IMG/VR virus record: IMGVR_UViG_3300050010_000073
Span: 1-55,009 of that record
Length of the DNA stretch: 55,009 nucleotides
From: a virus
Lineage: Duplodnaviria; Caudoviricetes
Strand: one strand, 5' to 3'
The stretch's first letter is position 1. The number at the start of each line of letters is the position of its first letter. This document shows, piece after piece, positions 37,612-46,325 of this stretch. The notes beneath the pieces are model-generated. The model saw nothing but the letters and a program-made list of their open reading frames with translations. It was not told where the DNA came from and made no database searches. Both the position numbers and the translations under genes were made by a program.

Positions 37612-37978
37612 GCCAGACGCGGATACTAGGCTATGCGTCTGGCATCATATCAAAAATAAGATAGTCTGTAGCCAGCAAGTAAGTTGTGTAGAGATGCACC
37701 AGTCGTACCATGAATGTAGGCTATCAAGTCCTCGGCATTTGATCGGGACTATGCTGATAGTAGTGGATGTTCAAGGAGACCTACAACCTCTGCTTGCTGG
37801 TAACGCTTTTTGAATGGCAGTTAGTAGTCGAAGAGGTTACTATGTTTCTTAGTCAGGAACACGACAGCTTGACTAGCTGTAAGACTGCCTACCCTTTGTC
37901 TCTGCTTGGTAGCACAGAGCCTAAACCAGAACTACCGTTGGTTCTTTTGCAAAAGTTCTCCAACTAAAAAAAAGAACT
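37612..37978 (+). ncRNA. Highly structured intergenic RNA candidate
   Basis: Successive hairpins, a multibranch domain (37672-37800) and a 74-nt four-way junction (37816-37889). Confidence 0.55.
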
Positions 37979-37990
37979 GAGCTATTTATT

Positions 37991-38701
37991 ATGTCAGAAA
38001 CAAATGCAAATCCTCCTGAAGATTCTTCTACTGATGGTGACTCCCAAAGCAAAGAGACAACAGCACAGTTGTCTGCTATTGCCGCCCTCGCTGCCATTAA
38101 AGAATCTCCTGCTGTAGCAGCACAGTTCACCAAAGAACTGATGCGTTCTCCTGGGTTCTCTTCTATCTTCCAAAGGCGTATTAAAGGCCCTTATTATAAT
38201 GTTGTCCGAGCAATGGAATTAAAGCCCATTCTGGATGACATGCTAATTAATCATAAGCCTAAACTCTTCTATGTTAGACGCTTCCGAGTAGACATAAATA
38301 CACTCAGGAATCGTATCTTTCAGTCCTTTAAGTTCCTAACAGAAGATGGTGATATGCTTAAAGAGTTCGGCACGAAATATGCTGAACTTTATAAGCAAGT
38401 AAGGATAGCTAGAGAGAACAAGGGAACGGCCGAAGCTCTTATCTCTATACGCTTCTATACGGATGTGTGTGTTCCCCTGGAAGCAGAAACAGGAACAGAT
38501 AGAAAAGATCAGAACAACTGGAAACAAGATGTAGATAAGTATCTTGAAGATGCTTCTAAGACAGAACCCCTACATTTAACTCATCTAACTCTATCCGATG
38601 CCGAAGTAGAAAGCTTAGATCTATCACTGGGTCAACTGGAAGGCATCCTAGCTAATGTCTCTAACAACACCATACACATTATTAAGTTTAATTCTAAATA
38701 A
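37991..38701 (+). CDS. Hypothetical protein
   Basis: 236-aa ORF. Confidence 0.75.
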   Translation: MSETNANPPEDSSTDGDSQSKETTAQLSAIAALAAIKESPAVAAQFTKELMRSPGFSSIFQRRIKGPYYNVVRAMELKPILDDMLINHKPKLFYVRRFRVDINTLRNRIFQSFKFLTEDGDMLKEFGTKYAELYKQVRIARENKGTAEALISIRFYTDVCVPLEAETGTDRKDQNNWKQDVDKYLEDASKTEPLHLTHLTLSDAEVESLDLSLGQLEGILANVSNNTIHIIKFNSK

Positions 38702-38703
38702 TT

Positions 38704-39294
38704 ATGAGCGAACAAATCTGTGAGTGTGGGCATAGTTCAGGTGAACATGCACAAGGTGGCATGGGAAGTGGTCATGTCTGGACTTACTGTAGAAAAGATA
38801 AATGTAGTTGTCGTGAGTTCAAGCTGAGTCAACCAAGCCCCGAAAGCTCAACGCAAGCAGGGACTAAGACTTTTGAGGAGTGGGTTATTAAGACTGGACG
38901 TAGTCTTGACAGCTTTCATTCAGATTTAGCATTGCAACAAGCCTACGAAGCCGGTCAGTCCAACGCACCTGCGCCGGGAAGGTGGGTGAAGTGCAGTGAG
39001 ATGCGGCCAAATGATCCGTTAAAGGAAGTAACCGTTCATTGCAATTCGGCAACTGGCCCTAAAGTGGTGCGCAGTTATATCAGTTTCCACACTTGGAAAG
39101 CTGTGGTCTATTGGTGGGAGTGGACATACCAGATTCCACCGCCTCCCGCCGTCAAGCAGGATGAGGATGAGGATGAGGATGAGAAGGTGATGAACGAAGC
39201 TTTTGATGATGGTATAAGAATAGGTGATATTGGAATGTTTCGTGCTGGTTGGAAAGCTGCTATCAAACACTCCCGCGAGAAAGGCAAGCAATGA
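38704..39294 (+). CDS. Mosaic phage protein (Cys/His N-terminus, DUF551-like segment)
   Basis: CECGH...CSC at the N-terminus; RWVKCSEMRP...W......PPPP. Confidence 0.55.
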   Translation: MSEQICECGHSSGEHAQGGMGSGHVWTYCRKDKCSCREFKLSQPSPESSTQAGTKTFEEWVIKTGRSLDSFHSDLALQQAYEAGQSNAPAPGRWVKCSEMRPNDPLKEVTVHCNSATGPKVVRSYISFHTWKAVVYWWEWTYQIPPPPAVKQDEDEDEDEKVMNEAFDDGIRIGDIGMFRAGWKAAIKHSREKGKQ

Positions 39295-39458
39295 AATCAT
39301 TTGCTATGATCCAAACTATTTGTCTCACGGGTGGTGCAACCTTGAGTGGTTGTATGGGAGATTGGTTAGTATTTTTTCCTTGTGTTTCTGGTGCGTTTGG
39401 TTGGGTCTGTTATTACATTCTTCTTGAAGAACGCGCCCGCGAGAAAGGAAGTAAATAG
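39291..39458 (+). CDS. Small membrane protein
   Basis: ATGA overlap start at 39291; hydrophobic segments. Confidence 0.45.
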   Translation: MKSFAMIQTICLTGGATLSGCMGDWLVFFPCVSGAFGWVCYYILLEERAREKGSK

Positions 39459-39461
39459 CTA

Positions 39462-39719
39462 ATGACCATAGAAGAACTATTAGAATGTTCTGCTGACAAG
39501 CTAGAAAAGATGACCACAGAACAGCTTCTTAGTTGGTTTGGGCCTAAGCTTAAAATAACCAGACCCGAACTAGCAAGACAAGAACGTAGAGCTTCTAAGC
39601 CTAATAGACAACTGTCTATGGAAAGTCTTTCTCCTGAAGAACAAATCAAGAGAAATAAAGTCAGAGACATCCTAGCTGATCTAGGAATGGCAGCGGATGA
39701 TATAGACGATATAGCCTAG
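39462..39719 (+). CDS. Hypothetical protein
   Basis: 85-aa ORF. Confidence 0.7.
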   Translation: MTIEELLECSADKLEKMTTEQLLSWFGPKLKITRPELARQERRASKPNRQLSMESLSPEEQIKRNKVRDILADLGMAADDIDDIA

Positions 39720-39732
39720 AAACAAATAACTT

Positions 39733-40764
39733 ATGCCCTCACTACAAGAACAATCACAAGGAGTACAGCAGACTGTAAGTGTTCCGACACAAAACATTCA
39801 ACAAGCTATAGCCATCCCTCCTACTACTGTCAAGAAGCACCTAGTTTTTGTGGATGCTTCCCTGGTTAAAGTATCCTCCTGTATGAGGAGGGTATGGCAT
39901 ACAGGAATAGATGGTTTAAGATCTGGTATCAACTCTGTGGATATAGAGTATGGACAAGCCTTTCATGTCTTTGCTAAAGTCTTTAAGGATGATGAAACAG
40001 AAGCTGCCTTTCAACACGCGGCCAAAGCTGCTACCGAATACTTTACTACCACTCCTTTCAAACCCTCTTCTTCAAAAAAGTGGATGACCACAGATCACTT
40101 AAAGAAAACCTTATTTGATTGGCAGCAGCACTGGGAAACACACACTGATGATCTGGATACTATACGTATAGAAGGAGCTAAGACTACCGAATTGAAATTT
40201 GCTATTCCCTATTATGCTGATGATAATTTTGAAGTCATTCTGTGTGGCACTATGGATTCCATATGCAGAGTTAGAGGCGGAGGGGCATATGTTATCAAAG
40301 ACTATAAGACCACTTCTATGTGGGACAATACAGGCTATCTGTGGGGCTACAATCTTGATCCCCAATTGAAGTTCTACAGATTCATAGTAGGAGAATATGC
40401 CCGGCTATATCCCCAATCTATTTATGGAGATATGATAGCTAAAGGGTGTGGAGCAGTGATAGAAGGCATTTTCTTAAAGAGTACAGAGCCAGCCCACATA
40501 CAAAGAGGAGAGGTTAAGTTCTTCAAAGGATGGGAGATGGCTGAGTTCAAAGCTCACTTAGATAAGTTTATTGCCCGTCTAGTAGATGCTTTAAGAACCA
40601 ATACTATTCCTCCTAAAGAAGGTATGTTCAATGGAGCTTGTAGCACCAAGTTTGGTATGTGTGCTTTCGCTGGTGCTTGTGCTGCTCCCGATGAGATAGC
40701 AGCTCGATTTATTCTCAAGAACAATTTCACTAACAAACCCTATAATCCACTTCACTTCCACTAA
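39733..40764 (+). CDS. Cas4-like PD-(D/E)xK exonuclease
   Basis: C..R, G.AFH, ELKF, GTMD, DYKT, Q...Y and C-terminal Cys cluster. Confidence 0.85.
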   Translation: MPSLQEQSQGVQQTVSVPTQNIQQAIAIPPTTVKKHLVFVDASLVKVSSCMRRVWHTGIDGLRSGINSVDIEYGQAFHVFAKVFKDDETEAAFQHAAKAATEYFTTTPFKPSSSKKWMTTDHLKKTLFDWQQHWETHTDDLDTIRIEGAKTTELKFAIPYYADDNFEVILCGTMDSICRVRGGGAYVIKDYKTTSMWDNTGYLWGYNLDPQLKFYRFIVGEYARLYPQSIYGDMIAKGCGAVIEGIFLKSTEPAHIQRGEVKFFKGWEMAEFKAHLDKFIARLVDALRTNTIPPKEGMFNGACSTKFGMCAFAGACAAPDEIAARFILKNNFTNKPYNPLHFH

Positions 40765-40774
40765 ACCTATTACT

Positions 40775-41107
40775 ATGAGTGAACTAAAAGATCAATTCCT
40801 GTCCATCATTAAGAAGAACTCTAAGACTCCAGATGCAGAGTTCTTAGCTTCAGCCCTGGACAAACACTTACAAGATTCCCTAGCCAAGTATATGTTAGGT
40901 TATGAAGAGCATGGAGGATCTATTATGGATAGACCCATGATAGCCGAACTTGATAGTGAACTGATAGATGCCAACCATTACATACAAGCTTTAAGAGTCA
41001 AGAGGGATCTTCTAATACAGAAGGTTCAGGCTCTTCTAATAATCTTAGCCCCCTGTGGCAAAGACAAACAAATCCAAGAAATCCTAAACCTACTCATAAA
41101 CCTATAA
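40775..41107 (+). CDS. All-alpha NTP pyrophosphatase-like protein
   Basis: KY......G......ELDSELIDANHY motif. Confidence 0.55.
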   Translation: MSELKDQFLSIIKKNSKTPDAEFLASALDKHLQDSLAKYMLGYEEHGGSIMDRPMIAELDSELIDANHYIQALRVKRDLLIQKVQALLIILAPCGKDKQIQEILNLLINL

Positions 41108-41114
41108 CTCACCT

Positions 41115-41990
41115 ATGTACATCCCACCTGATTCCCACGATCTAGCTTTAACAAAACAGCCCACCTTCAAGGTGGCTATACAAGGGCCTGGAGGTAGTGG
41201 CAAGACCTTCTCGGCAATGACATTTCCAAATGTTAAGTGTCTTAACTATGACAACAATTTACAAGCATTTCATGGTCGAAAAGACATTATATCCATAGAC
41301 ATGTGGGATGATAATTTTGTAGACAGGATCATGAAAGGTCAACGAGGTAACACTCTTGATCTTTCCAATTCTCCAGCTAATCCAAGACCCAACAGAAGAG
41401 ATGCTACTACCAGATGGCTCAATGAGAATGGGCCTAAGTTTGGGCCAGACGATACTCTATTCATAGACTCTTGGTCTAAGCTACAAGATGGTTTTGACAT
41501 ACAGGAAAACATAGAACCTCACTATAATCAGGATGGTAAGATAGATGAGTTCGCCTTTTGGGCTTCTAAAAAAGATTGGTCACGAGATGTGTGTGAACTA
41601 CTTGGTTCTTTTAATTGTAATGTCGTGGTAGCCTTTCACGAGATGCGATTAACAGATAAAAAGGGTAACTTTGTTGATGGTAAATTTGTACCACTACAAG
41701 AGGGTAAGTTTGTAAATAAAATTTCACTCTACTTTTCTGAGTGGCTACGCTCCTACTTCTTTCCCAAAGGCACTCCAATGGATAATCTTAATCCTCGAAT
41801 GGTAAGTGACTTGGAATTAAAAGGAGATATACTAACTGAAGACTTAGGTGTCTGGCAGACTCAATCAAGCATTTATTGTGACTGTAAGACGCGCATTATA
41901 GGATGTCCAGTTTTCATCAAAGCGTCTTATCAAGAGCTTATTAAACTTTACTCCGCCCATCGTAATAATAGTGTTGCGCCAGCGGTGTGA
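41115..41990 (+). CDS. AAA_24 / Sak4-like ATPase
   Basis: GPGGSGKT, LFIDSWS and VVAFHE; lies between the Cas4-like nuclease and SSB. Confidence 0.8.
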   Translation: MYIPPDSHDLALTKQPTFKVAIQGPGGSGKTFSAMTFPNVKCLNYDNNLQAFHGRKDIISIDMWDDNFVDRIMKGQRGNTLDLSNSPANPRPNRRDATTRWLNENGPKFGPDDTLFIDSWSKLQDGFDIQENIEPHYNQDGKIDEFAFWASKKDWSRDVCELLGSFNCNVVVAFHEMRLTDKKGNFVDGKFVPLQEGKFVNKISLYFSEWLRSYFFPKGTPMDNLNPRMVSDLELKGDILTEDLGVWQTQSSIYCDCKTRIIGCPVFIKASYQELIKLYSAHRNNSVAPAV

Positions 41991-42045
41991 ACTACCCAGT
42001 AGAACTACTCAGTAGAAACTAAACCCAAAAGAAAGAAACAAACAT

Positions 42046-42603
42046 ATGGCAGTCATTGACATGTCAAAGAAGCAATCAAAGAAACAAACACTCAATCAGA
42101 AAGTGGCACTCCCACGGGATCGCTATAGTCTGCGTTGTATCAGTGAAGAGTTCTCACTCTCGAAGTCCTCGAATAACCCTATGGTTACTCGTGTCTTTGA
42201 GTTTGTTAGTGAGTCAGTTAAGCTCCCAGATGGTAGCACACTGGTGCTGGCCGGCCAGGAGTTGACCAAGTATTATCCTCTTGCATCTAATGGAACAGCT
42301 AAGAACTCTCCAGAGGATGCAACAGCTATGTGCTTGGACAACTACAAGCAGGATACTGATAGGATGGGCATTAAGACTGATTGGTCTCACTTCGATACTA
42401 CTAAGCCTGAGTTGAAGGCCAAGGGTATTATCATTGAGGCTATCTGTGGTGATGAAGAACGGGTAGAAAGAAAGGCTCCAGCACCCGGAAAGAAAGAAGG
42501 GGACATTATCCTTGGACTGGATAAGAAACCACTCATCAAGCATCAGGCCAAACTGATGGAAGTCTTGGGTATCTCTGAAACCAAAATCAACGCTCAATAC
42601 TGA
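42046..42603 (+). CDS. Putative single-stranded DNA-binding protein (DUF669-like)
   Basis: LP.DRY.L.......SKSS.NPM motif; Sak4-SSB synteny. Confidence 0.6.
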   Translation: MAVIDMSKKQSKKQTLNQKVALPRDRYSLRCISEEFSLSKSSNNPMVTRVFEFVSESVKLPDGSTLVLAGQELTKYYPLASNGTAKNSPEDATAMCLDNYKQDTDRMGIKTDWSHFDTTKPELKAKGIIIEAICGDEERVERKAPAPGKKEGDIILGLDKKPLIKHQAKLMEVLGISETKINAQY

Positions 42604-42681
42604 ACACCAATAAGGTAGGTAATGCACTCGCTTCTTCCGTCGTGCAGGGATAACGGGAGACCTTTAATTTATTAGACATTT

Positions 42682-44244
42682 ATGCTTCGTCATTTGCCAC
42701 AGTTCGATTACTCAGGACTAACTATTGTTATGTCCCATCCTAGTAGATTTGATACTGAGAAATTACTCTCGGCTAATGGAGGACTATACTTCTGCACTGA
42801 TGTCTTATATCCCTTGGGCATAACAAGATACAATTGTGACATTCGTTTGGCCGATTCTATCTCAGAGCCTCTGTTGCCCCACACTAAAGTGGTTTTACTT
42901 TTAGGTTCTAGGGCTATGTCCTTGTGGTTACCACCTGAAATAGTCAAGGATAATAAACTTGATAATCTCAGGGGATCACCATACAAGATAGGGGATGTAG
43001 TATATCTTTGCTCTTATTCTCCCCAGGACGCCGTAGACAGGCAGGCGTGGGAGAGTCAGCTTAATCCAGAGATGCTTGATTGGCTAGAGCAGGAAGTCTC
43101 TAGGAGACAAGATAGTGATCCCTTTTCTATGAAGAAGAGGAAAGGATTGACTTTCAGAGCCAACTATAGATTTTGGTTGAAGAAAGATGTAGAGAAAGCC
43201 GTCCACATTTTGGAGAAAGGAATTCCATATGATACTGAAGATACTAATTACATTGTATATCCTAACTCTGGGGTTGCTATTGATGCTCTCCTGGTTAGAA
43301 ACAATACATTCCTCTACTTTGATATGGAGACGGACATACAGAGTGGTAGGATCACTTGCTTTTCTTTCGCTTATGATCTTCAGTCTGTGTACGTCGTGCC
43401 TGTTATATTACATGATTATTCACTCGCTTATAGTGAGCTGGCCCTCTGTCAAATCTTTCGTGCACTGGCTATAGCTATCTCTAGGAACACCCTAGTAGCT
43501 CACAACGGGGCTGCCTTTGACTTCTTCATGCTAGCATGGAAATATAGAATACCTATAGGCCCTCAGGTATATGATACTATGGTGGCCGCTCATAGATGCT
43601 TTCCTATGGTAGAGAAATCCTTAGGTCATCAGGTTTCTCTATGGACTTATGAAGCCTATCATAAAGATGAAGCCCAGTTTGCTTTCGGCAATAGAGAGCA
43701 GGCAGAAGCTTTGTGGAAGTATTGTGGTAAGGATGTATCATCTATGATTAAAGTCCATAAGGCCATAACAGAGTATGCTCGAACTGTGCCTGGGCTAGAA
43801 GCTTCTATAGCTCAAGCTATGTCTTCTATTCGTCCCTACTTGGTTACTACCTTGATGGGCATACCCTATGTAATAGAAAAGGTCATAGAGACTATAGCTA
43901 TCAACGACCGGCTAATGACCCAGTACCTCAAACTCATTAGGTGGTTCATAGGCGAAGAGTCTTATGCGGCTATAAAGAAACGATCTAAGAAAGCTCTGCC
44001 CAGCTCCAATTCACAATGCTGCATGTATTTCCATGATATGCTAGAGTATAAGGTAATGCAGCGTTCTAAGAAGCCTCCCAAGAAACCCAGTCTAGCAGAG
44101 AAGCCCCTGCTTAAATTAAAGCTGGCTTATGACAATCCCGTTATAGATCTATGTATAGCTTACCGAGGGTGTCAGAAAGAAACCAGCACTCTTAAATTTG
44201 TACCTTGGTCAATACACAATACCCAAATGCTTAATAGCCTATGA
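42682..44244 (+). CDS. polA: DNA polymerase A, N-terminal part (UDG-like domain, 3'-5' exonuclease, thumb)
   Basis: VVLLLG..A...LRG UDG-like segment; FDMET, HNGAAFD, DTM and YCGKD exonuclease motifs; ends just after YR...KETST. Confidence 0.85.
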   Translation: MLRHLPQFDYSGLTIVMSHPSRFDTEKLLSANGGLYFCTDVLYPLGITRYNCDIRLADSISEPLLPHTKVVLLLGSRAMSLWLPPEIVKDNKLDNLRGSPYKIGDVVYLCSYSPQDAVDRQAWESQLNPEMLDWLEQEVSRRQDSDPFSMKKRKGLTFRANYRFWLKKDVEKAVHILEKGIPYDTEDTNYIVYPNSGVAIDALLVRNNTFLYFDMETDIQSGRITCFSFAYDLQSVYVVPVILHDYSLAYSELALCQIFRALAIAISRNTLVAHNGAAFDFFMLAWKYRIPIGPQVYDTMVAAHRCFPMVEKSLGHQVSLWTYEAYHKDEAQFAFGNREQAEALWKYCGKDVSSMIKVHKAITEYARTVPGLEASIAQAMSSIRPYLVTTLMGIPYVIEKVIETIAINDRLMTQYLKLIRWFIGEESYAAIKKRSKKALPSSNSQCCMYFHDMLEYKVMQRSKKPPKKPSLAEKPLLKLKLAYDNPVIDLCIAYRGCQKETSTLKFVPWSIHNTQMLNSL

Positions 44245-44606
44245 TTTATATACATGATGCACTTAGAAGCCATCTTCTAACAAAGAAAGGTCTATTAGAG
44301 GTTCAGAGGAAGATGATTACTCTTAAAGAGCTTGAAGATAAAACTCATTACGATACCGATGAGTTTATGAGTCTTATGTTTAATCGTATTATGTTCGGTC
44401 ACCTTAGATATGGTGAAATGAAACACAATAAGAAATATGATTACATTAAGTCAGCTAAAATGAAACTTGATCTGTTCCTTGGTGATGGTAATCTTGAACA
44501 TTTAGTTGATGCTGCTAACTATTGTTTAATTGAATTTAGAATTGGACAGCACCCTAAACGTCATTTTGAAAGTCAAGATGATGTAAATCATGCAATAAGA
44601 AAATAA
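44241..44606 (+). CDS. dATP/dGTP diphosphohydrolase-like protein
   Basis: G..RYG.......GNLEHLVDAANY motif. Confidence 0.6.
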   Translation: MIYIHDALRSHLLTKKGLLEVQRKMITLKELEDKTHYDTDEFMSLMFNRIMFGHLRYGEMKHNKKYDYIKSAKMKLDLFLGDGNLEHLVDAANYCLIEFRIGQHPKRHFESQDDVNHAIRK

Positions 44607-44607
44607 T

Positions 44608-45285
44608 ATGAAAATAGAGATACCAGTTCTTGATCACGGATTTGTTCGTTACATAGATCATATGGGAAGTGATCTTAGAGTAGTTGAAGCAGCTAGAGTT
44701 AGTTATCAATCTCCGTCTAAAGGAGATGAAGCTGATAAGAAACTACTTCATTACTTACTTAAGAATAAACATACATCTCCCTTTGAGATGTGCAAAATAA
44801 CATTTAATATACGGATGCCTATATTTGTTATGCGCCAGTTCATTAGACATCGTATGCAAAATGTCAATGAAGTATCAGCTCGTTATTCAGTTCTTCCAGA
44901 AGAATTTTATACTCCCAATTTTTGGAGAAAGCAAGATACAAAAAACAAACAAGGAAGTGTCGAAGCCGAGCTAGATCATAAAGCTTTGGGTATTCAATTA
45001 CAGGATGCCTATAAGCATTGTTATGTTTGCTATGAACAGCTTCTTCATCAAGGTGTAGCAAAAGAAATGGCACGTCTTATACTTCCTGTTGGTATCTATA
45101 CTGAAATCTATTCTTGCTGGGATATGAACAATCTCTTAAAGTACTTCATCTTAAGAGATGATGTTCATGCTCAATGGGAACACCAGCAATTTGCCTTCGC
45201 TATGAAAAAAGTAACTGCCCAAATCTTTCCCTGGATAATGGAAGCTTATGAACAACACTTAAATCCACACACAATAAAGCAATAA
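44608..45285 (+). CDS. thyX: FAD-dependent thymidylate synthase
   Basis: HTSPFE, RHRMQNVNEVSARY, EMARLILP and HAQWE motifs. Confidence 0.97.
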   Translation: MKIEIPVLDHGFVRYIDHMGSDLRVVEAARVSYQSPSKGDEADKKLLHYLLKNKHTSPFEMCKITFNIRMPIFVMRQFIRHRMQNVNEVSARYSVLPEEFYTPNFWRKQDTKNKQGSVEAELDHKALGIQLQDAYKHCYVCYEQLLHQGVAKEMARLILPVGIYTEIYSCWDMNNLLKYFILRDDVHAQWEHQQFAFAMKKVTAQIFPWIMEAYEQHLNPHTIKQ

Positions 45286-45286
45286 T

Positions 45287-45949
45287 ATGACAAACGAACA
45301 AAAGCAGGTAAAAGCATTCATGCAGCTATTTGGACAGGAGACTCCTGATAAACCCTGCATACCAAGTCTTGAAATTAGGAAGTTGAGAGCTAAGTTAATA
45401 CTTGAGGAAGCACTTGAGACTATCAATGCCTTAGGAGTTGGTATTGAAATTGATGTTGAGGTCACAGAAGAAGATATTGGTAATGGCCAATCTATTCTTC
45501 TTCTCAATGATGTTGATGTAACTGCTTCAAATTTTCATCAATGTCAATATGGACAGGCTAATCTTGAACTTATAGCCGATGGTCTTGCCGACTCCCACTA
45601 TGTAGCTTACTGTGGGACGGCTATAGCTTGTGGCTTAGATATGGAACCCATCTTTGCAGAAGTCCATAGATCTAATATGTCTAAGATGTGGACAGTAGAA
45701 GCTTTCTATGGTAAAGCTGGCTGTGTTCCTTACAATGTTCGTGAGGATTCAAATGGAAAAGATATATGTGATTATGGATATAAAGGCGAAAAAGTAATTA
45801 CATATCCAGTTGACACACCTGGTGGTGTTTTTATTGTAGTCAAAAACAAAGATGGTAAAGTTATAAAATCTCCTTCTTATAGCCCAGCCAACATCCAGGC
45901 CGAAATTGATAAACAGCTTTTATGCCCCGCATTACCAAACAGCAAGTAG
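45287..45949 (+). CDS. MazG-like / PRA-PH-family NTP pyrophosphohydrolase
   Basis: LILEEALE, ADGLAD, EVHRSNMSK and DGKVIKSPSY motifs. Confidence 0.85.
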   Translation: MTNEQKQVKAFMQLFGQETPDKPCIPSLEIRKLRAKLILEEALETINALGVGIEIDVEVTEEDIGNGQSILLLNDVDVTASNFHQCQYGQANLELIADGLADSHYVAYCGTAIACGLDMEPIFAEVHRSNMSKMWTVEAFYGKAGCVPYNVREDSNGKDICDYGYKGEKVITYPVDTPGGVFIVVKNKDGKVIKSPSYSPANIQAEIDKQLLCPALPNSK

Positions 45950-46308
45950 CCGATACACAAGCTACACATCTCTATATATACAGTGATGATCGTAGTGAGA
46001 AAGCTTACAGGGGGCAAGCAGAACTGTTTGCTTGGTACTCTCACTGCTATCCTATCTACACTCGTCTGTGGTGTTGTGCTGATCCCGCAGCCCAAGTTAC
46101 CTCTCTACCTCTCGACACCTATACTAAGATGTTACAAGATGAATGTTTTAGCAGAATAGAGCAAGCCATAAAGCTTCATCCACATAAGCCTGTTGTGATA
46201 GTTCCTAAGATTGGCGAGGGCTGTAGCCAACTGAAGCAAGCTCACAAAGCCTACTATCAAGTGATAAGAGATTTCCTAGACAAGCTACAAGAGGAAGGAC
46301 ACTACTAA
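45922..46308 (+). CDS. Macrodomain-like phage protein (tentative)
   Basis: LYIYSDD......GQA...IYT...VVIVPKIGEG resembles phage macro-like families. Confidence 0.4.
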   Translation: MPRITKQQVADTQATHLYIYSDDRSEKAYRGQAELFAWYSHCYPIYTRLWCCADPAAQVTSLPLDTYTKMLQDECFSRIEQAIKLHPHKPVVIVPKIGEGCSQLKQAHKAYYQVIRDFLDKLQEEGHY

Positions 46309-46325
46309 ATTATGGATAGACCTAA

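Noticed and set aside
37816-37889. tRNA gene
   Set aside because: Cloverleaf-like size, but it lacks the T-loop consensus, canonical arm spacing and CCA on either strand.
39733-40764. CRISPR-Cas system
   Set aside because: Stand-alone Cas4-like nuclease in a recombination module; no array or other cas genes.
44245-46325. Group I/II intron or intein interrupting polA
   Set aside because: The interval is fully occupied by four tightly packed genes, with no room for a ribozyme core, no homing endonuclease and no intein terminal motifs.
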